In this document: one piece after another, positions 43,365-48,569 of the stretch
How the letters are laid out: every line of letters starts with the position of its first letter
Position numbering within the stretch: position 1 is the first letter of the stretch
DNA from: an uncultured Bacteroidales bacterium
GTDB taxonomy: Bacteria; Bacteroidota; Bacteroidia; Bacteroidales; Dysgonomonadaceae
Length of the DNA stretch: 48,569 nt
NCBI GenBank assembly: GCA_964293155.1
Contig: CAXYYA010000028.1
Span: 1 to 48,569, forward strand
Direction of reading: 5' to 3'
Position numbers and translations under genes: made by a program
The notes under the pieces: generated by a model
Told to the model about the DNA's origin: nothing
Databases searched by the model: none
The model's input: only the letters and a program-made list of their open reading frames with translations

Positions 43365-43739
43365 TTAAAAAGAATAAAACGTAGAATTGAAAGGTGGAGC
43401 GCGCAATCCGTTAGAGTGAATGAAAATGTTTTTTTGCGCGATATGTTGTGCTTTTGGGTATCGTGAAATGCAGATGTAACGGTTAAATGCATCAACGGAA
43501 ACATCGAAATGCAAGCCGAGAGAAAAGAAATGAGACAGAACATGAATAAGATTAAACGACGACGTGTTGTGTTGATGATCGGCTTTGTTTCCGTCGTGAA
43601 CCGGAAAATGCAGATGCGAGTGTATTACGCGTTCGCCGTTAACGGTATGAGTGTGAGTAAATAAAGAAATACTTCCGTAATAGCTTGCAAAAAGCATTAA
43701 CAGAAAATATCCCGATAGTATTCTAACCCTTTGTCTCAT
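43365..43739 (-). CDS. Small His-rich membrane/periplasmic protein upstream of the TonB-dependent receptor
   Basis: 124 aa with an N-terminal hydrophobic helix. Contains THTHTVNGERVIHSHLHFPVHDGNKADHQH, which has 10 His in 30 residues. Confidence 0.55.
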   Translation of the reverse strand: MRQRVRILSGYFLLMLFASYYGSISLFTHTHTVNGERVIHSHLHFPVHDGNKADHQHNTSSFNLIHVLSHFFSLGLHFDVSVDAFNRYICISRYPKAQHIAQKNIFIHSNGLRAPPFNSTFYSF

Positions 43740-43747
43740 TGCGATGG

Positions 43748-43755
43748 CAAAGATA
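43748..43755 (-). promoter_or_regulatory. Candidate -7 box TAtcTTTG for the His-rich protein / TonB receptor operon
   Basis: The minus strand reads CGTATCTTTGCCATCGCA-ATG. The box ends 8 nt before ATG 43739. Confidence 0.4.
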
Positions 43756-43844
43756 CGATTATTTAGAATAAGTTTAAATAGTATTGATAAAATTGATTAC
43801 AAACCGACCGTAATTGCGAGCGCCTATGCCGTAAAAAAACTCCT

Positions 43845-44831
43845 TTACAATTTCGATAAAACCTCTTCTGATAATTTAAGGGAAGGCTTTGACTTTTTTG
43901 CCGACACCGCAAGCACTTCGCACGCGAGGTGTTCTCCCGGCCTCATTTTCCGGAGATAAAGCCTCACGGTATCTATTTTTTTGCCATAGATACTTTCGGT
44001 TATCTCCAGCGAACACCGGTACTTGTCTTGCAGCAGGTAAGCTTTGCCGTTGTATTCATCGGCAATGACGGTTATATCTACAACCGTGTTTACGAGGGCG
44101 GCAAGTTGCTCCCGCTCTTCCTGCGACAGATCGGGTTCGGCTTCCTCACGTGGTTTGCGCCTGTTGAAACATCTTGGCGAGACATATTGCGTGCTGTCCG
44201 TGGTATTACGAATACCGTCAACGGCAACGGGAACGACTTCCGCGGCAGTTTCTCGAAATTCAAGGGTCTGTTTCTTTTCTGAAAACGCCAGAAAACGCAC
44301 TTGCCCGGCTTTCATGTTGGCAATGGTAGCTTTTCCTTTCAGGTTTTCCGCCGGAATAAAACCGTGCACTGATCCGCATTTCCATCCGAAATGAAGCCCC
44401 AGCTCTACGTGCACGCCTTTAGATGATGTTTGCAGGATGATCCCCTTGTATATGCTGCCCGGTTTCAGGTCGGGCACACAGGCTCTGTTCACCACTGCGT
44501 CCACAAGAACGAAATTCCGTTGCGGAAAGGCTTCATATACCGAGCCGAGGAAAGAGTGCATCACCAGATAGGGCGCAGCGTTGTGCCACCACTCCATATT
44601 GGGGTACGACCATGCCATGTGGCCATACGATACGAAACCGGAAATTTTTTCAACGCGTATGTTGAATCCTTTTTTGTTAAACGACCTTATCTCGAAAGGG
44701 AAAATTTCACCCGATGCTTCAGCCACGAGCATCCGGTTAAACTTGTCTTCTTCGGGCTCGTCTTTCTGTTTCCAGAAATCGTTGCGCTCTGACGGGCGAA
44801 ACCATCGCGCCAATATATCAATTATTTTCAT
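43845..44831 (-). CDS. Hypothetical protein with S1/OB-fold-like segments
   Basis: 328 aa. GEIFPFEIRSFNKKGFNIRVEKISGFV and GSIYKGIILQTSSKGVHVELG...GFIPAENL resemble S1 RNA-binding domain strands. No other motif recognised. Confidence 0.4.
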   Translation of the reverse strand: MKIIDILARWFRPSERNDFWKQKDEPEEDKFNRMLVAEASGEIFPFEIRSFNKKGFNIRVEKISGFVSYGHMAWSYPNMEWWHNAAPYLVMHSFLGSVYEAFPQRNFVLVDAVVNRACVPDLKPGSIYKGIILQTSSKGVHVELGLHFGWKCGSVHGFIPAENLKGKATIANMKAGQVRFLAFSEKKQTLEFRETAAEVVPVAVDGIRNTTDSTQYVSPRCFNRRKPREEAEPDLSQEEREQLAALVNTVVDITVIADEYNGKAYLLQDKYRCSLEITESIYGKKIDTVRLYLRKMRPGEHLACEVLAVSAKKSKPSLKLSEEVLSKL

Positions 44832-44952
44832 TTGGGTTTATAACAGGTTTGCCGACCGATGCCGCGGTTTACGGCAAAGGGGAGGAACTAAAAACGGATG
44901 CGGATCGTAAAACCCGCACCCTTTAATAACAGAAAATTCCAATCTTCTTTCC

Positions 44953-45702
44953 TTAAGCGCCCGGCGGCAACGGAATATCGGGTTCGCTGCTTCCCTTACC
45001 GTCTTTTGCTTTGCGTATGGCCAGCATGTTTTTGTAATAGCTGATCAATTCATTTATCTTCCCAATGATGTTTTGGTACACTTCCGCATCGCCCACCAGC
45101 GAAAGGCCGTTTATGGCGGTTACAATTTTTTTGTAAGCTTCATCAACTGCTCCGCGGGTTTTGGAAACGTTGCCGCTACCGCGGGAGGCCTGCTCGTCGT
45201 TGCGCGAACCGAATCGGGTGATGAAATCGTCGTTGGCTTCTTTTAATTTGGTAACCAGCGTTGTTTGTTCGGTAACGGCAAGGTCACCGGCATAATTGGT
45301 TATAAGTTGATCTACGAGGCTGGTAAGGGCTTTACTTTCCTCCGGATAGGGGTCGCGGCTCACGTATCCCACCTGATCTACGATGCGCCGGATGTTATCG
45401 GCGGCGGCGCGCACATCGGGGTCAAACCAATTGATCTTGGCATTAAGATCGTTAATGAAAGCGCTGTAAATCTCGTCGCGATACTCATCGGCGGCAGCGA
45501 TGCCTGAGGTCAGGCGGCTGCCCGATTCCACGTTAATGGTGTTGATTTCGGTTTGTAGCGCTTTCACATAGGCAGGGTAGATTTTGATAATACCCAGTTT
45601 TTCGGCAGTTTCTTCCTCTATATATTTTTTCACCAAGTCGTGAAATTGTGCATGTTCTTTGTCACGGTAGCGTGAGAGGTCAAATCGTTGAATCTGTTCC
45701 AT
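44953..45702 (-). CDS. Hypothetical all-helical protein
   Basis: 249 aa with no signal peptide and no motif I recognise. The ORF is clean, with a near-consensus -7 box (TAaaTTgG, 45709..45716) just upstream. Confidence 0.5.
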   Translation of the reverse strand: MEQIQRFDLSRYRDKEHAQFHDLVKKYIEEETAEKLGIIKIYPAYVKALQTEINTINVESGSRLTSGIAAADEYRDEIYSAFINDLNAKINWFDPDVRAAADNIRRIVDQVGYVSRDPYPEESKALTSLVDQLITNYAGDLAVTEQTTLVTKLKEANDDFITRFGSRNDEQASRGSGNVSKTRGAVDEAYKKIVTAINGLSLVGDAEVYQNIIGKINELISYYKNMLAIRKAKDGKGSSEPDIPLPPGA

Positions 45703-45724
45703 TGTATTCCAATTTAGTTAAAAA

Positions 45725-46112
45725 TTTATTCAGCGGCAGCATTGCCGGTAACAATAAAGAGCATCAGCTCTTTCTTTAGTGCGATGCTGCGGGATGCTTT
45801 CGGGTTGCCCCGAAGAGGCGCCGCATGACCGCAGACTGCATTGTAACTTCCCGATATCGTGCCGCAATCGTGCGGCTGTCTTTCGTACATTCCCGATGGT
45901 TCCCCGCACGCGTGCGGGAACATTTCTGGGCGCCCCCAAAGTGGGCCGCCCGCCTGCGGGAAGGGTTCGTTAATTCCCCCAAACATGCTGCAAAGCTGTG
46001 GCTTAATTTCGGGGTTTTACGGATGCGGCCGCACTGTTTTTCTCCTTTCTTCTGCCGCATGCCCTACGTTAATCCGCGTTTGCAGCCCGGTTCCGGGCAT
46101 CTAAAGATCGCT
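45725..46112 (-). ncRNA. Candidate large (~390 nt) structured RNA of unassigned family
   Basis: GC-rich island open in several frames on both strands. At least nine short GC helices, for example 45799..45814, 45861..45876, 45903..45918, 45928..45951, 46023-29/46054-60 and 46085..46098. 5'/3' closing complementarity GCGAT/ATCGC. Two 3' hairpins (45756..45773, 45734..45747) followed by a T-run on the minus strand. A promoter box lies at 46119..46126. Confidence 0.4.
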
Positions 46113-46118
46113 TATGCG

Positions 46119-46150
46119 CAAATATATATGTTAAAAACGTCATTTGCAAG
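46119..46150 (-). promoter_or_regulatory. Candidate primary-sigma promoter for the GC-rich RNA (-33 cTTG, 20 nt spacer, -7 TAtaTTTG)
   Basis: The minus strand reads CTTG-CAAATGACGTTTTTAACATA-TATATTTG, directly upstream of the GC island. Confidence 0.4.
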
Positions 46151-46227
46151 TAAATTAACAGATAATATTTTATGTTTTAGAGCAGGTTTTTTGGGAAAAA
46201 TGATAAGGTTAACCATCAATTTTTCAC

Positions 46228-46420
46228 ATTATCCGCGAAGTGTTCTAACGGCTTTATCCATTGCCACGACTTTTAAGTCGTGGGATAATGATGTCTAAGA
46301 ATTACGGGCTTTAGCCCAATAATAGTATAAATTTCGGCTAAAGCCTATCTGCTCTGTATCTCAAAAACCACGCCCTAAAGGGACGTGGCAATTGATGTAG
46401 GACATTATACGGATAATCAT
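46228..46420 (-). mobile_element. MITE-like element, family A, copy 3 (uninterrupted, reverse orientation)
   Basis: Its reverse complement aligns end to end with 9491..9839 minus the family B insert. It shows the empty target site CCCTTTAGGG. Confidence 0.75.
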
Positions 46421-46523
46421 ATTAAATTATTATTCATGTCATTTCCTCTTTATGCCCAATTTTGGGTGGGGACGTGACAAGATGAAACTGTTCTTGCTCT
46501 TTTGATACTGCCTCTTTTATTGT

Positions 46524-48026
46524 TTATTTTTCAATCGTATTCTTTTTGGGCGCGTTTACCGGAGATTCCTTTTCAATAGGAATAGTTTCTGTTGTTTCTT
46601 TGCCTTTCAGGTAATTGGGCAACTGCATTCCCGCCATATTGAACAAGTCGTCCAATGGTGGAATGGTTCGCATTAACCCCGAAAGAAAGTTCGCGGTAGA
46701 GCCTTTACCATCTGCATTATTTCCCGAATCCCAAACGGTAACTTTATCAATTTTCAGGTTTTTAACCGCTTCAACCTGTGTTCTGATGAGTTCCGGTAAT
46801 TTCTCGATCATCAGCAACTGATACGCTTTATCGGGATCGCCGCCGGCGGCCGAAACCACATCTTTGTACCCTTGCGCCTGCTTGCTCAGAATCTCGAACA
46901 AACCGCGCGCTTCGGCGTCCATTTTGGCGAAGATGGCATCGGCATCGCCTTTAGCTTGAACGCGAGTGCGTTCGGCCACGGCTTGTGCGTCAATAATGGC
47001 TTTTTGTTTGGCGATCTCGGCCGGAACCACAATGTTGGCGGTTTCGGTAGAACGTTCGCGTTCGGCGCGGGCATTTTCGGCCAACTTTTCAGCCACATAA
47101 GCTTCTTCCAGCGCTTTTGCCTGTTGCACTTTCTCGGCCGCGATAGCCAGACGCGCAGCCTCGGCTTCTTTTTCGCGACGTGCCGCATCGGATTGGGCGA
47201 TGGTAATTTTTGCCGTATTTTCACCCTGAACGGCTATGGAGTTTGCTTCGGATGTTTTGATACGCGTTAGTTTATCGGCTTCGGCCTTTCCGATCAATTC
47301 GTCTTTCTTAGCCGATGCAATATTTACCTCGCGGTCTTTATCGGCCTCAGCTTTACCGGTCTCACCGATCTTTTCTTGTTGTGCCACGCTGATTTTGGCT
47401 TCGTTTATGGCCTTTGCTGCGGCTTCTTTTCCCAACGCTTCAATGTATCCCGACTCGTCTTTGATATCGGTAACGTTCACGTTGATCAATTTCAGACCGA
47501 CTTTCTTCAATTCCGAATCCACTGTTTTGGAGATGGCTTCAAGGAATTTATCGCGGTCGGAGTTGATTTCTTCGATCGTCATGGTGGCGATCACCAAACG
47601 CAGTTGTCCGAAGAGAATGTCGGAAGCCAGTTCTTTTATTTTATCGGGTGTAAGCCCCAACAACCTTTCGGCGGCCGTGTTCATCAGATCGGGTTCGGAC
47701 GAAATGGCAATGGTAAACCGTGAGGGTACATCCACGCGAATATTCTGACGGCTGAGCGCGTTGGTGAGGTTGGCCTCGATGGACAATGGCTTCAGATCGA
47801 GGTAAGCGTAGTCCTGAATTACCGGCCACACAAAAGCGCCTCCGCCAGGAATACAACGAGCCGAGGAGCCGCCTGTTTTTCCGTAAACCACCAGAATTTT
47901 ATCGGAAGGACATCTTTTAAAACGCGATGCCAGCGCCAGAATAGTAACAAAAATAACTACCGCCAGTATGATGATCAGGAACAATGGCGATGAAAGCGTC
48001 TCCGTCGGTAATCGCATCCAGTTCAC
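46524..48026 (-). CDS. Flotillin-family SPFH/band-7 protein (YqiK-like)
   Basis: 500 aa. N-terminal TM helix, then SRFKRCPSDKILVVYGK, an SPFH domain and an Ala/Glu-rich coiled coil (EAEAARLAIAAEKVQQAKALEEA). The start may be GTG 48026 or ATG 48017. Confidence 0.9.
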   Translation of the reverse strand: MNWMRLPTETLSSPLFLIIILAVVIFVTILALASRFKRCPSDKILVVYGKTGGSSARCIPGGGAFVWPVIQDYAYLDLKPLSIEANLTNALSRQNIRVDVPSRFTIAISSEPDLMNTAAERLLGLTPDKIKELASDILFGQLRLVIATMTIEEINSDRDKFLEAISKTVDSELKKVGLKLINVNVTDIKDESGYIEALGKEAAAKAINEAKISVAQQEKIGETGKAEADKDREVNIASAKKDELIGKAEADKLTRIKTSEANSIAVQGENTAKITIAQSDAARREKEAEAARLAIAAEKVQQAKALEEAYVAEKLAENARAERERSTETANIVVPAEIAKQKAIIDAQAVAERTRVQAKGDADAIFAKMDAEARGLFEILSKQAQGYKDVVSAAGGDPDKAYQLLMIEKLPELIRTQVEAVKNLKIDKVTVWDSGNNADGKGSTANFLSGLMRTIPPLDDLFNMAGMQLPNYLKGKETTETIPIEKESPVNAPKKNTIEK

Positions 48027-48489
48027 GCACAGAACCCCTCACACTGATCAGAATTTTTCCTTTGCCCGACCGTTGAGGCGGAATGGTAAGATACACTTCC
48101 GCCGTTTTATTCAGCGTTTCTTCCATTTTAAACGAATCGTTTTCGGCCAGTCGCATAAATTGCTTTATGATGAAGAAAAACAGCGCCACAAAAATAATGC
48201 CGACCAGTGTAGCTACAAAAATCAACAAAATTTTGTTGGAAATAAGCGGATAAAACACAATTCCCGACCAACTGAAACCGAGTAGAAAATTGATGAGATT
48301 GCGCAGCGAAAACAATTGAAACGGCGCATCGGTATCGCTGAAATCACCATCGAAATCGGCGTCCACGCCATCCATGGAGTTGCCACCGATAAAGGTCATG
48401 ATGGCCTGAATGATAAAAATCAAACTAACGGGAATGGCGATATACCAAAAGGTTCTCAACAAGGGTTCCAGGTTTTGTAATGCATCCAT
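47917..48489 (-). CDS. YqiJ/NfeD-like inner-membrane protein (partner of flotillin)
   Basis: 190 aa. TM helices, an acidic loop DGVDADFDGDFSDTDAP, and a C-terminal OB-like GKGKILISVRGSVRELDAITDGDA. The last ~30 codons overlap the flotillin start out of frame. Confidence 0.65.
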   Translation of the reverse strand: MDALQNLEPLLRTFWYIAIPVSLIFIIQAIMTFIGGNSMDGVDADFDGDFSDTDAPFQLFSLRNLINFLLGFSWSGIVFYPLISNKILLIFVATLVGIIFVALFFFIIKQFMRLAENDSFKMEETLNKTAEVYLTIPPQRSGKGKILISVRGSVRELDAITDGDAFIAIVPDHHTGGSYFCYYSGAGIAF

Positions 48490-48509
48490 AGTGTTAAAAT
48501 TTAACTTTC

Positions 48510-48517
48510 CAAAGATA
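48510..48517 (-). promoter_or_regulatory. Candidate -7 box TAtcTTTG for the yqiJ-like/flotillin operon
   Basis: The minus strand reads ACTTATCTTTGGAAAG, 20 nt upstream of ATG 48489. Confidence 0.4.
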
Positions 48518-48569
48518 AGTAATCAATAAAAATTAATGTTATATTTTTCGTGTCCAATATTTTTTAATA

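Noticed and set aside
45958-45980. GGGAAGGGTTCGTTAATTCCCCC, which superficially resembles a tRNA T-arm (GGTTCG)
   Set aside because: The stem GGGAA/TTCCC encloses an 11-nt loop instead of 7. There is no acceptor, D or anticodon arm around it and no CCA-adjacent context. I found no tRNA anywhere in the window.
45725-46112. Identification of the GC-rich island as RNase P RNA, tmRNA, SRP RNA or a cobalamin/FMN/TPP riboswitch
   Set aside because: On both strands I searched by eye for GGAAAGTCC, a tmRNA tag frame and 3' TPsiC/ACCA end, the SRP domain IV GGAAGCAGC core, the B12 box and the FMN/TPP cores. None is present. This is not conclusive without a covariance-model search.
45726-46298. Six overlapping ORFs on both strands in the GC-rich island
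   Set aside because: The frames are mutually overlapping, the translations are Arg/Cys/Pro-rich with no motifs, and no start context is present. I interpret the region as non-coding structured sequence.

Overview
Chromosomal segment of a Bacteroidota genome, judged from a SusC/SusD pair, TonB-dependent receptors, ECF sigma/anti-sigma modules, a fimbrillin-type lipoprotein and recurrent -33 TTTG / -7 TAnnTTTG promoter boxes. Housekeeping genes fill roughly 1-23 kb: ABC-F ATPase, hisS, ABC1 kinase, PhoH2, dcp, an RRM protein, tsaB, folD and ffh. They are interspersed with families of miniature inverted-repeat elements nested inside one another. From 38.2 kb down to 23.9 kb every gene is on the minus strand. 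This stretch holds two ECF sigma regulons, each with its own promoter motif present twice. Between them lies an uncharacterised, translationally coupled block: PqqD-like protein, ATP-grasp ligase, Orn/DAP/Arg-family PLP decarboxylase, a urea-transporter-like membrane domain fused to an M23 peptidase, a TPR/beta-barrel outer-membrane protein and a TPR protein. I consider this block the best candidate for an undescribed system. Two GC-rich, stop-poor, helix-dense intergenic islands look like unclassified structured RNAs. One is at 23.66-23.89 kb on the plus strand. The other is at 45.73-46.11 kb on the minus strand and has its own promoter box and terminal hairpins. The right end carries a FemAB-like gene, a His-rich protein plus TonB receptor, an S1-like protein and a yqiJ/flotillin pair. 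I saw no rRNA, tRNA or CRISPR array. All protein calls rest on motif recognition by eye; no database search or folding program was run.
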